A stretch of DNA of 63,720 nt, the filler included, from Bonamia ostreae (taxonomy: Eukaryota): the NCBI GenBank assembly GCA_040357525.1. It is 51 parts of 51 records of this genome, joined end to end, with 100 filler letters (N's around TTAATTAATTAA, not from the genome) between each part and the next. Parts side by side here need not be neighbours in the genome. Positions count along the whole stretch, not along the records: positions 35,140 to 36,289 come from JBDODL010002520.1; positions 36,390 to 37,539 come from JBDODL010002521.1; positions 37,640 to 38,789 come from JBDODL010002522.1; positions 38,890 to 40,037 come from JBDODL010002523.1; positions 40,138 to 41,285 come from JBDODL010002524.1; positions 41,386 to 42,533 come from JBDODL010002525.1; positions 42,634 to 43,781 come from JBDODL010002526.1; positions 43,882 to 45,029 come from JBDODL010002527.1; 43 more parts are not named here. One strand, given 5' to 3'. Below the pieces are notes generated by a model. That model did no database searches and was not told the DNA's origin. It was given only the letters and a program-made list of their open reading frames with translations. Every line of letters starts with the position of its first letter. The first letter of the stretch is position 1. Of this stretch, positions 35,151 to 47,623 are shown one piece after another. A program made the translations under genes and the position numbers.

Positions 35151-36260
35151 AAAGACAAGTTCGTTCAATAATGGACCAAATAAGACCCGATCGACAAAGT
35201 TACCAAATCCAAACTTTTTAGCAATGATGTTCAGCGCCACTTTCCCGCGGGAAATACAACTTTTGGCCAACGAAAACTTGGAAAACCACATCAAAATAAT
35301 CGTCGGCCGAATCGGAGCGGTTTGACAAAATGATTTTAAGGCCAATACGAACATTCGACAAGTCGTCGAAGTGCTTTTGAACGAAGATTTGAAAATGGAA
35401 TGGCTTAAAATTCGCCTCAAAAAATTTATTGATTTCGGTCCTGTGCTCATTTTTGTGTCGAAGATAAAAGATTGCGAAGAGCTGACGAGCAAAATCAGGA
35501 AAATGAAAATTCCGTGTAAAAAATTGATTCCAAAAAATTAATTTTGAAAAGACCAAATTTTCGACCAAAATTTTCGATAATAAAAAGGCGGTTTGATTCA
35601 CGGCGATTTTGACCAACGAAAAAGAGAAGAAGTTCTGAAAAAATTTTCCACCGGAAATTGTAAATTGTTGGTCGCGACCGATGTTGCTGGTTTCGCCGAA
35701 TAAGAATTTTTACCAAAAATAAAATTTTGCTTTCATAAAAATTTGAGAAAATTAAAATTAAAAAATTAAAAATTAAAAATTTGGTAAAAAATTAAAATTT
35801 TCTTTTTCATAAAAAGCGAGAGGATTGCATATCGACAATTTAAAGACGGTCGTCAATTTTGACGCACCACGCAACTTGGAAACTCACATTAATCGGGTTG
35901 GGCGAACCGGCAGAGCAGGAAAGAACGGGATCGCTTACACTTTGTTGACCCCAAACAACAAAAAAGAAGCTTCTTTCATCAAAGCGAATTTGATCCAATC
36001 GAAACAACCGGTCAATTCGCAATTGGAAAATTTGATCAAAGACGTTTTTATTTTTGGATTAAATCGCAAAAATTAAATGTCAAATATACAATTTGAAGAA
36101 AAATGTTTCAGAAACGACAAATTTGAAGAAAGGAATGCAATTTACAAAAGAGAGCAGCAATAAAAATTTTAGGAAACGGAAAGCGGTGACATTTGAAAAA
36201 AGTAGTTTAAGCAAATCTGCTTTTTCAAAGGGATTTATAAAATCGAACGGAAATAAATAA
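35151..36260 (+). CDS. DEAD-box RNA helicase, DDX42-like, 5'-partial; five introns including 35199-35221 (23 nt) and 35320-35340 (21 nt)
   Basis: [51 protein letters not shown]. Confidence 0.88.
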
Positions 36261-36389
36261 AAATGACCAAATTTTGAAATTTAATTTTTNNNNNNNNNNN
36301 NNNNNNNNNNNNNNNNNNNNNNNNNNNNNNNNNTTAATTAATTAANNNNNNNNNNNNNNNNNNNNNNNNNNNNNNNNNNNNNNNNNNNN

Positions 36390-36685
36390 GATCAAAATAT
36401 ATCAAATTTGTTTTTTAAGATCTGGAAATTCAATTTTTTATAAAAAAATAACGGAGTAAATGGTATTGCGATAGTTGCTAGCATGAGAAGAGAATGCATT
36501 TTCTCCTGAGACGCGTTTTCTTTGAGTGAATCCGACGATTGAAGGCGTTTTTCGATTGGAATAATCGTTTGTTGCGATATTTATTCCGCATTTTTTGGCG
36601 ACTCCGATGATCGAATTGTTGCTTCCAAAGTCAATTCCAGCGACTCCTACGTTCTTTATTTAAAGTAAATTTGATTTGGAACCAT
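36390..36685 (-). CDS. Hsp110/SSE-type Hsp70-family chaperone, N-terminus; ATG-only first exon, intron 36654-36682
   Basis: Spliced MNVGVAGIDFGSNNSIIGVAKKCGINIATNDYSNRKTPSIVGF; absent from the ORF track. Confidence 0.88.
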
Positions 36686-36860
36686 TAAATTTGCGGTGCG
36701 AAAGTTTTTACGAAACTATATGGTTGGTTGTTGACATTAAATATTTAGATTATAAAATTGAGCAATTTTTTAAATTTTGATAAAATTTTGTCATCGTTGA
36801 AAACATAATAATAGAAAAGCTTTTTGATTTTGATAAAGGTTTTATCAATTTTAATATCCG

Positions 36861-37049
36861 ATGGATTTCCTCGACAATGAAGAAACGGTCTACAGAATCA
36901 AAATTTTCAGAAGAAGTTTGTGTGTGCTTAAGGAAAACATCAAATTGGAATCAAACTGTTTAACAACGGAAGAATCGTTAGATATTCTAAAAAAGATTTT
37001 GCTAAAATTGGATAAATTTATTGTCAGTCTGTTTAGTCCTCCGATTTGA
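36861..37049 (+). CDS. 62-aa hypothetical protein
   Basis: Short ORF between the Hsp110 and TTI1 genes, with protist-like codon usage. Confidence 0.4.
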   Translation: MDFLDNEETVYRIKIFRRSLCVLKENIKLESNCLTTEESLDILKKILLKLDKFIVSLFSPPI

Positions 37050-37222
37050 TAAATTTTATTTTGTCAAATTTTATTTGATCGTTATTTTGCAATTTTTGTA
37101 ATATTTGATCGTTTTTTGTTTAAATTGCGAAAATTGACATTTTTAACTTTATTTAAATCGACCTTTTGTCGTTTTTTTGTTTATTTAAATTGCGAAAAAT
37201 AAAAAAAGGAATAATAAAAACA

Positions 37223-37490
37223 CTAAAATTTATCCAAATTGTCGATTATCTGTAAAACTTTGTTGATATTTTCCAAAAACAACGTTTTTTCACTAAAGTT
37301 CAATTTGTTTTTGTGAATAGTTAAAACATACCAAACACAATCAGAATCAATTTGAGCCAAATTTGAGTAAATTTTAAAAATCGTTTCCGTCATTTCCTTA
37401 TAAAATTTTTTTGTCAAAAATTTTGTGCATTCAACGCTTATTTCTTTTATTTTGTTCTTTATCACGTCTTTATCGTATTTTAGCAATTTG
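37223..37490 (-). CDS. TTI1: TELO2-interacting protein 1, last exon
   Basis: CTKFLTKK..LAQIDSDCVWYVL..FLENINKVL matches the TTI1 C-terminal LxxxDxDxxWxxL motif. Confidence 0.65.
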
Positions 37491-38905
37491 GTCAGATTTT
37501 TTATTATTAAATTTAAAAGTGTCTAAATAAATTGTAAACNNNNNNNNNNNNNNNNNNNNNNNNNNNNNNNNNNNNNNNNNNNNTTAATTAATTAANNNNN
37601 NNNNNNNNNNNNNNNNNNNNNNNNNNNNNNNNNNNNNNNTAAACTGATATCGCATAGAAAATGAAAATGCTCAAAGTTCTTGGTCATCAGATGAACAATG
37701 ACATTGATCTAATAATATTGATCTACGCCAGCTAGGCATTTGATTTATTTGTCATGAGTATTTCCCATTGTTTACATATTTATATATATGTTATAAAAAT
37801 CGTATTATTACATTTCTTTTTAGACCAATTGGAAAGAGAGAGAAGGGACTTTCAAGGTTTGTTAATATAAAACAGAATGTGATGCCAAATAATGATGAAT
37901 TCTAATGTATTATATCTCCACAATCGGTATTTTTACTTTTTATCTTTCCCAGTTCAAATTACAACAACAAAAATGAAATAGAAGTTTTCAAATGCTAATA
38001 TATTTTACTAAAATATATTTTGCTAAAAAGCTGAAATATTATGAAATAAAGTCGAAAGTACATCCATTTTGTGCATATTTTCAGGTTGTTGATTGTCCGA
38101 AACAAGAAATATACAAAATACTGAATATTCATAAAATAATAGATGCAGATTAGATACTACATTGTACGTCATGCTATTTTCAGATAACCTTCGAAGAACA
38201 AACGAAAAGTACGGTAAGTACAAAATGTGTGTAGGTCAGTGTCATCAATAAACTGGTTCCCCGTTATTGATCTTTTTTTTAAAGTGTCATCATTAGATTG
38301 GCTCCTTTTATTGATGTTTTGAAAGAAAAGGTATACCGTCATAGTGTAAAATGTTTGAATATGTACATTACTGATCTTCCATCAATATTCAGTTAGACAA
38401 CCATTTTAGTAAGGAATTGGAAGCTTAGAATTATGACCAATTCCAAGACTGGCATGTGTAACGGGGAGATGAGTCGGTGAATGATTCGCAGCAGAGTAGG
38501 ATTACAACTTGGAGCCTCTCATTCTCTACGCCAAATGTTTTTTCACCTTCGATACCAGTCCACCGGCGAGGTAGACTATCTGACTGCTACGTTCCACTTC
38601 CCTCCCATCAAAAGTCAGATCGTCCCTGATCAATCCGTTATTTTCTTGACGAGACAAGTCTGGAACACGAATTTGGGCCCTTTGAATCTATAAACAAGTC
38701 CTATTTCTATACACATATAAGTCAAGGTCAGTTACATTTCTTTTCATACAAATGAGAATTTAAGAAACCCAAAACCAACATGTTTTAAANNNNNNNNNNN
38801 NNNNNNNNNNNNNNNNNNNNNNNNNNNNNNNNNTTAATTAATTAANNNNNNNNNNNNNNNNNNNNNNNNNNNNNNNNNNNNNNNNNNNNAGATACAGTGC
38901 AGAGT

Positions 38906-39802
38906 TTACTCCGCCTCGTTTCCGTTTACAGCATTCTCCTTCTCGTTTTCGCCTCCCCCGCGCCGGTTTCTCCTGCGGCCGCGGCCTCGACGCCCTCTCC
39001 CTCCTCGGAAGCGGCTGGACCCAAACAGCATCGACTTCGGCGCCGCGACTGCCATGAGAGTCTTGTCGTTCACCTTCGCGCCGTTGATGTTGGCGATCGC
39101 CTTTTCGGCCATTTTCGGGTTTTTGTAGGCGACGATGGCGTGATCCTTCGAGAACCGGAAGGAAACGACCTCCCCGTTGCCTTCTGCCTGCTTCCGGATG
39201 GATTCCTTCGGCACAGAGGCGTCATAGTTGGCGATCATCACCGCGTTTCGGAGAGGAGCGCCGGTCGACCGGAATCTCGGCGTGAATCGCTTCGGCCGAG
39301 ACTGTTCCACAACGGCCTTCTCGCCTTCGAGCTCGACTCCTTCTTCCGCGGCCTTCTCCGCGGAGGAGACATCTTCGAACTTGATGAAGGCGTAGGGCTT
39401 GTTGTCTTTCGCGGGGCTGCGCAGCAAGATGACTTCGTCGATGGTCCCATATTTCTCGAAAGCTTTGCGCAGGTTCTCCTCCGTGACTTCATCGCCGAAC
39501 TCCGCCACGTACACTTTGCGCTTGGATTCCTCCGCGCGAATCTGTCGAATCGACTTTTTGTAATCGGCGACAGTGCAGCTCTTTCCCTGCAGCTTCTGCT
39601 CGATAACAGCTTTCTCCGAGTTTTTCTTGTTTTCGTCTTCGTAGGTGAGGATGCAGAAGTTGGCGCCCTGAATGACTGCGTCTTCTTTGTAGTCGGCGAC
39701 GAGAGCCAAAAGGTCGTCTTTCGTGTCCTCGCCGAACCGGATGTAGATGCTCCTCTCCTCGCTGGGCTCTATTTTCTTGCTTTTGGTTTCGCTGTCTGAC
39801 AT
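38906..39802 (-). CDS. Multi-RRM RNA-binding protein with C-terminal RGG tail (nucleolin/Gbp2-like), intronless, GC-rich
   Basis: RNP motifs KVYVAEF..KPYAFIKF; three RRM-like units; FRGGRGRRGRGRR tail. Confidence 0.85.
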   Translation of the reverse strand: MSDSETKSKKIEPSEERSIYIRFGEDTKDDLLALVADYKEDAVIQGANFCILTYEDENKKNSEKAVIEQKLQGKSCTVADYKKSIRQIRAEESKRKVYVAEFGDEVTEENLRKAFEKYGTIDEVILLRSPAKDNKPYAFIKFEDVSSAEKAAEEGVELEGEKAVVEQSRPKRFTPRFRSTGAPLRNAVMIANYDASVPKESIRKQAEGNGEVVSFRFSKDHAIVAYKNPKMAEKAIANINGAKVNDKTLMAVAAPKSMLFGSSRFRGGRGRRGRGRRRNRRGGGENEKENAVNGNEAE

Positions 39803-40138
39803 TTCTGTCTAGTGGTATTCCGTTGCCTGTTTAGCTTATTATTTAAATTTTAGCTTTCGGTATATGGGACAGAGTTAACGAAAGTGTTTCTAAATTGGAG
39901 TTAGGTTAGCAATAAACAGTTTTTGCTTTATCTTGTTTTCACGTTTATCGGGATCGAGTAAGTTTTGGGTTTGTTCGTTCGATTTTTAACTTTCTAAATC
40001 TTGGGACTTATTATTTTTTTTTAACAATTTTGGAATTNNNNNNNNNNNNNNNNNNNNNNNNNNNNNNNNNNNNNNNNNNNNTTAATTAATTAANNNNNNN
40101 NNNNNNNNNNNNNNNNNNNNNNNNNNNNNNNNNNNNNG

Positions 40139-40240
40139 CACCTGACATCACCTCTGGTATACCCAGGGATATGTGTTTGCACAGATCTTTATTTGGTAGT
40201 GCTTATACGAGTTAAGAGATTCATCACAGTTCATGATCTT
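40139..40240 (+). repeat. Interspersed oyster-type repeat fragment (GCACCTGA..CACCTCTGGTATA..GAGATT..TCAC)
   Basis: Recalled similarity to an abundant bivalve retroelement 3' tail; not verified. Confidence 0.45.
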
Positions 40241-41385
40241 AAATCTATGTATTAAACAATAATATTTAAGTGATAATATCTGTTGTCAGTTTAATAGGAG
40301 AGTATCGAGTTACTGCCAAAACTCCGTCTTTACAATTTGATAGCCCTAATATGATTTCCTGGTTTTTAGTTATGGAGGAATATCGGTGCCACAATTATAT
40401 TTTTCAACAATGCTTTGCTTTAAAATCAATTCTATATTTTTGTTTTCACATTTTATCATTTTGGTTTCTGTTTTTAATTTGATTCTTCTATATTTAGTCG
40501 TTACAATCTTAATATTTTTACGGCACTATTGCAGGGGTGTGCGCACCCAGTGTATACACAATATCGACTCAATGACATGGTCTGATACTTGTTTAATATT
40601 ACTCAAACTTGCAAGGGATGACAAGTAGACTAATGAGGTAAACTGTCAAAACACAGGCAGATAATTAAAACTTGGAAGTCTTTTAAAAATAAAACCAAAC
40701 CCGTACACTTAATTGATGAACAAGAAATAAAGAAATTAGATGAAGGAAAATAATGAAATTCAATAAACCCAACTATAATGAGCACAAAACGGGCCCTGGT
40801 TAAGATTAATTAAATTTTTCAACATTGTGATAACATAACTGATACTATTCGAAAAATGCAGGGGCTCAAACATGCCCGCCATTTTCAAAGAAGGGCGGCT
40901 TGTATTCCCACTGCCCCCATTCTTCTACGCCTTAATATAAGTAGCGGCTGCGTGAGGTAGTTTTTCAGTAACTTTGCAAAAGGTCCTAAATATAAGAATA
41001 TTGCTACACTAATTTTGGAGTTATCGGAAGTAAAGAGCATTTGGAACAATACTAAATATACAAATGTAATTGAAGGAAATGCTATGCATGAACCAGAAAA
41101 AAATAGTATAACAAATATAGCCGTTTTGATTATATCGATACCCGAAGACAAAGAATCGCGCTTCGTACTCGGTCTATGCGGTTGGATATTTTAAAAGTCG
41201 ATATATTGACTCCGTATACCAATGGGGTTAGCAATTATGACATTACCGTATACTTCTATCTCGCAAATCTCCAGCACAGGTCCAGNNNNNNNNNNNNNNN
41301 NNNNNNNNNNNNNNNNNNNNNNNNNNNNNTTAATTAATTAANNNNNNNNNNNNNNNNNNNNNNNNNNNNNNNNNNNNNNNNNNNN

Positions 41386-42208
41386 ACAGTCGACGTTCAT
41401 ATGAATGCCCCCAGTTTTTCGTTCACAACTGATGGAATAACCGCGCCAAATTCTGATGTCCGGACAACCTCGCTCGCGGATATCAAAAAGTCCTTTTCCC
41501 GAAAACAACGATTCGTTTCGTTCAAAATAATTTTGACCGATTCTTACGAGATCTGATCCTCTGATCACTTTGTTGAGCATCAAATGGATAATTTGTTCGT
41601 GTTGGTTCTTTTTTGGTCGTTTTTAGTAAAAAAATTGGTCGATTTGATAAAATTGTCCCGCGAAGAACAACGTCGAAAATGTCTAAAAACAATATGTTGA
41701 GAAGTGAGATCATTGAGATCGATCGATTTCAAATATTTTACTGTGATTGTTTGAGTGAGGTCTTCGTTGGTAAACTGATTTTCGGCCTCCTTTTTGCGCA
41801 AACACAACAAATGTTTGTTTTCGAAGAAATAAGGGCCGTACGTGTTGATAATTTTGTCGCGAACGCTTTTGCTGTTTTTATTAAATTAGTTTTATTAAAT
41901 TTTATCCAATTTGGATAAATGTTTATCGCAATTGAAGTAAGCGAAAACTTGTTTATGGCGCTTAGACGTTGGTCCTTGGCATCTTCGGGGATATCCGGAG
42001 TGAACTCGATCAAATGCAAATGGATTTGGTCAAGCGGTGTTCTCACAACGAAAGAATTTGTGATGACAGTAACTTCTTTGCCAATTTTGCCTTTTTGGGG
42101 GCGTTTGGCAACCAAGGCGAGTTTTTCGTCGATGATCGGTTGTTTTTCCTTTTCGTCGACCTTTTTTGGCGCATCCTTGGTTTTAACAGGAGAGTCGTTT
42201 TTCTTCAT
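41386..42208 (-). CDS. Piwi/Argonaute-family protein, N-terminal half; introns 41872-41948 and 41608-41690
   Basis: KRPQKGKIGKEVTVITNSF..HLIEFTPDI (ArgoN) and LVRIGQNYF..IRIWRGYSIS..GIHMNVD (linker 1). Confidence 0.88.
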
Positions 42209-42715
42209 TCTTTTTAGGCGCGTTTTTGCTAATATTTAGGTTTGAAGAATAATGTTAATACTATTTAGGTAATTTGATATGTTTTAGTTTAGTGAAATTT
42301 AGGAAATTTTTGTTTATTTTGGATGTCTAATTAATGCTTTTAAGAAATTTGGAAATTGTGGTGCAAAATTTCGATAAAGCCACAAAATTTTAGTAAAGTG
42401 AGTTTTCTTAACAAGAATTTTTAATTATTAAAGCAATTTTCATTCAATAATTTTTATTCTTTTGATTCGAAATCAGAATCTAAAATGGTTATTGTCAAAC
42501 CAATGGCTAGACATAATGTAATTTATAAATAATNNNNNNNNNNNNNNNNNNNNNNNNNNNNNNNNNNNNNNNNNNNNTTAATTAATTAANNNNNNNNNNN
42601 NNNNNNNNNNNNNNNNNNNNNNNNNNNNNNNNNTTTGGTCAATAAAACGACAAAAAATGACAAAAATGTCGTAAAAAAATTTATGTAAATACAATTTGAA
42701 AAATGTTAATGTCGT

Positions 42716-43781
42716 TTACATATTTTTGCCGTGAATATATTTGTTTGTGGCGAGGTCTTCTGGATCCTTTGGACAATTGTCTTTTAGCAATATCACTCCA
42801 AATCCCTTTTACGTTAAAATTGATGATTTACCTTTTTGATTGTGCGATAACGTTGTTGTACAAACTCACCGACTTCTTTTCTCTGTTTTATAGTGATTCG
42901 ACACGGATTCTTTAGAACGCAATTTTTCAACGCCTTCTCCACTTTTAGCGCTGTTTCTTCTTCTTTCGACTTCTCTTTTTCATCCTTTTTGTCTGCGCTC
43001 GCTATTCCATTCTTTTTCATCGCTTCTTCGCGAGTAGAAGAAACAGCGTCAGTAGACGGCTTGGCATTAGATGAAGACGCAGTCGTCTCTTCGCCAGTAG
43101 AAGAAACAGCGCCGGGAGACGGCACTGCTTTAGAAGACGCGACAGTGTCATCGCCGAGTTTTTTCGTAGAAGCGATGGCCGAACTCTTTTGGAGAAGACC
43201 CGATTTCTTGTTTTTGCTTCTCCTCCTGTAGCGCTCCAATTTGCTCTTCTCCGAAATCGATAATGTCACCTCTGAAGCTTCCGTCTTCTTCTTCTCTTCT
43301 TCCAACTTGAATTCCGGGAACTCGTAATTTTGCGCGTTTCGGCAAAACAAACGGAAATGTTTTGGCATTTTAAGTGCGCTCGTTATTCCTATAAAAGCTG
43401 TCGGTTTTACCGCCAAAGACAGAAAGTGGTTGAAAGGATACCAATGCCACGATTGCATAAACAGCAAAACGCCAGCTACCGCCACCGGTCTTATTATGTT
43501 TCCGTTGTCGCCGCCGAAGAGACTTTTGTGGCCGTTGTCGGAGAGCATGGACACAGTGCAGTTGTTCCCTCCGAGAGTGAGGAGGCCCATGGAAAGGATG
43601 GCGCCGGATTTGGAGAAGGAAGGGAAGTCCCCGGAGGAAGTGTTTTTGATGTATTTGGAGATTTCTTGGATGTGTTCTTCGACGCGAGATTTTTGAGAAG
43701 AAGTGGTTTGGGCGAAGACGAGGGATTTTGCCATAAGAGCGGCGTTTCGGACGAAATCGATTTTGTCTTTTGTGAGCAGAG
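42716..43781 (-). CDS. RPN2: 26S proteasome regulatory subunit RPN2/PSMD1, C-terminal part; 26-nt intron 42806-42831
   Basis: GAILSMGLLTLGGNNCTV..AVAGVLLFMQSWHWYPFNHFLSLA..LKNPCR..GVILLKD. Confidence 0.94.
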
Positions 43782-43881
43782 NNNNNNNNNNNNNNNNNNN
43801 NNNNNNNNNNNNNNNNNNNNNNNNNTTAATTAATTAANNNNNNNNNNNNNNNNNNNNNNNNNNNNNNNNNNNNNNNNNNNN

Positions 43882-45029
43882 TGCTTTGATTGCCAAAAAA
43901 TTTTGCGCAGATCAGTTTAATCAATGGCTTCGAGTCCAAATTCAATTCTTTTCTTTTTAAAGTTATCCCCAAATTTTCCAAGAACAAGGACATTGTTTCG
44001 CCTTTAAATAAATTTTAATCATTTTTTTAATATTTTATAAATTGGAAGAGTAATTTTTACTGTTTTTAAACTTTTCGGTTCGTTGCTAATTGCGACGGAA
44101 TAGATTTTGTAAAGCGGTTCTAGAACAAACTCGACGAAAGATCTTTTCGAATTTGAATTTGGCGGTGTGTTGTGGAATTTTCCTTTCGAGAAGTATTTGT
44201 TTCCCCAAAGTTTTGATGCAAATTTTTTTGCTTCTAAACCTTCTTGACATTTAATTTTTGCGTCAAAAACAAATTAAAGAATATCAAAATTTTTTGAGAA
44301 CAACAAATTATCGAAAATTATCAAATTTTGTTCTTCGCATCAAAAACAATTTTATTGAACAACAAATTTTGATCAAAACAAATTATCGAAAAATTGCAAT
44401 AAACCATTTCGATCTTGATATTTTCTGGACAGAGAATCTAAAGTAAAACTCCAACCAAAAAGAGCGCTTGAAAAACAAACATTTCCTCTTTCCGGAGAAA
44501 TTTGAGCGGGATATTTAAGATTCGTCAAAAGATCGTTAATCTCTTTGAAAATGCCAAACAATTTATGGTAGCTGTCTTTCGGCGGCAATTTTAATTCCAA
44601 AATTAATCTGTCCATTTTTGTCATTACAACAACTATTGGAACCCCATTTTCGACTAATTTATGTTTAAATTTTAGCAAATTAATTTTATTTTCCAATATA
44701 GAATGGCTAAATTTTATTTTTCGACAAATTTGTTTTCAATTTTTTTAGCCAAATCAAAATTTTAAAATTTTGTCAAATAAACTTGAATGTTTGATTGAAC
44801 GAATAGTTTGTTTCATTACGCCTTCAACGACGTCAATAAAAATGACAGCGCCGTCACTTATTCGAAGAGCAGCTGTTTGCTCATCAGAAAAGTTGACGTG
44901 TCCGGGAGTATCCATTATGTTCAACAGAAAAGATTTTTCTTTTCCAAAACCGGTTTCCAAAATTAGCGAGATTGGAGATGATTTTATGCTCAATCCTCGT
45001 TCCTGTTCATCTTTTCCAACATCCTTTAT
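43882..45029 (-). CDS. EFTUD2: U5 snRNP GTPase Snu114/EFTUD2, internal part with three introns
   Basis: [59 protein letters not shown]. Confidence 0.96.
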
Positions 45030-47623
45030 NNNNNNNNNNNNNNNNNNNNNNNNNNNNNNNNNNNNNNNNNNNNTTAATTAATTAANNNNNNNNNNNNNNN
45101 NNNNNNNNNNNNNNNNNNNNNNNNNNNNNGAGGAGTAAGCATCTCCTGTCGAAATATATTTCTAAAGATCAACAGCTTGACGATATTCTGCTCAAACAAA
45201 AGAAATTATGTTTCGGCATGTCATTGACAAATCCTGAGATCCACAGTTCAACTCGTATTGTTAACCAGACAAAAACTTGAATAAGTCGTAAAATATAAAA
45301 ATTAGTAACAATCACACTATCAACAGTGTTATTTGGGAACTAGTCATCATTTAATGTAAGTTGAAGGCTGGATACGCGCTTGGTATACAAACAAGAATGT
45401 TTTATAGGTTGTGATTCTGAGCTTGATCGATTAAATAGGGTCCTTGAAAAATTGGTAGGAAATACTCTTAACTGTAATATATATAAATACCATTTTTTGT
45501 TTATATATTTGATATACAGAACGAAATGATGTATTCCGTCGTGACACACGTCTGTGCCGTGGTATGCGTTTGTGCTAAACATATATGTCTGAATTTGCTG
45601 ATCTTCATCTACACCTGGTGAAAAATCTCGAAGGGATGTAATATGAGCAAACAAACATTAATCTGTTACAAATTTGTTCCTGAATGTTATGGTCTGAAAG
45701 TTGTAATATACATACTGAAACCCTTCACTTTGTGACTTTCAACTTTTATACCTCTCCAATAAATGAGGAAGATAAGGTGAAATGTTTACCGTATATATAT
45801 CTGTAGACATCTATTGAACGATTCAATGGAAATAAAAACTATGACAATAAGCACCACGTTTGGAAGGGGGACTATTGGATATTATCTGTCACGGCCTACG
45901 ACAATTAGCATTAGTTTGCATGGTTTTCCAATTTCAATTTTTAGACCAATCAACAACGGTGGAAACGACTGCTACTACGCACGAACAGAGCTCAGTAGGT
46001 AAGGAGCTTTTGTAAATATGCGTTTTCGTCATTTGACTAGTTGAATTGAATGCATAAAAGAAACTTGATTAAATCATTAATATATATTTTATGCAGAAAT
46101 ACCTGTATCGTGCAAGAATCATAGTATATGAATGTAGTGTATTCTACACTATGTTATGAATATTAGCGCTCTTTTTTCGCAAACTATTTTTACAATGTAT
46201 ATGCTGTTTTATGGTGTCATATAATTCTGACAAAAATGAAACTATTTTTTTTCACTTTCATTTCAAAGGTTACTCANNNNNNNNNNNNNNNNNNNNNNNN
46301 NNNNNNNNNNNNNNNNNNNNTTAATTAATTAANNNNNNNNNNNNNNNNNNNNNNNNNNNNNNNNNNNNNNNNNNNNATTCAATCTCTGCTTAATGTTTTT
46401 GTTTTTTCAGAATTTTCGTCTGTACGTTTTGGGTACAAAAGTTTTAAAGATCGCAGCCGTCCCCTTGTCATAATCTGAACTCTCAGCGATAACCAACACC
46501 GAGTAAACATAAGCTACATGTACTTTGCTAATCAATGCACTTTGTAACATGACTGACCACAGCTGCTTCAAATTATTTGCGACTTTTTCAAAACGTCAAA
46601 AATATTTGTACTCTGACGTTTCTTGAAATGTTGGTAATTACATAATACTTTTTGCAGCATCAAATTCAGTCCTAACAAGTCGGCTCCGTAAGTTTGATTT
46701 CCCCAATTCAGATTGTCTTTCTTTTTCTCTTTCCGTTCATTCATTTTTGAAGTTCTTTTTCTCAATATGCATTTTCCTATTGTCTCTTTCTACTTTTACT
46801 TCTACTAATTATAGGCCTAATTGAAATTTGGATTCCGTCATTTTCACTAGTCCAAATGTTTGTTTAGGTCAGCCATATGACTCAAAAATGTTTTTTCTAC
46901 AAGTTTTGTAGGAACCGTAGGTTGTGTATTTTTGATAAAAAATGAAGCCTTGGGAATATTGAGGAAGGACATTGTTATACATTTAGTGTTACGTCATCTT
47001 TCTACTTCAATGATAAACATCGAACTTCAGAACAATATATGTCCAAGGTGTTGATCAAGTGCAAGTACTACACATCACAACCAAATTTTCAACATTCTTA
47101 ATGCAAGGACACTATTGTTAGCCTCGATGTTATGTAAGCAAGACACAAGCCATGTTTATATCTACAAACTAATGTAATGTTTGAACAGACAGATACACAA
47201 AGTCACCTTTCAAATAGCACATTTTACCTAAAGAATACTTGAATTGAGATGTATTTGTATATAAGTGAATCGATAACCATACCTTGTCAAAATTTTGTAA
47301 ACAATAGCATTTTGTGCAACCTTTTAAACACGTTAGGCTGTAGCTTTTGATCAATAAAACTGAAAAACAAAATTTTGAGAGAATTTTTGAATCAGTTCAT
47401 TTCAGGTATGATATAGCAGTAAATAATTACATACACCGTTATTCGAAAAGCTCATGTCATACACATGCTTATATGTATATGATTACGGATACACATAATA
47501 CATCTAACATGTTTTTCCATGAANNNNNNNNNNNNNNNNNNNNNNNNNNNNNNNNNNNNNNNNNNNNTTAATTAATTAANNNNNNNNNNNNNNNNNNNNN
47601 NNNNNNNNNNNNNNNNNNNNNNN

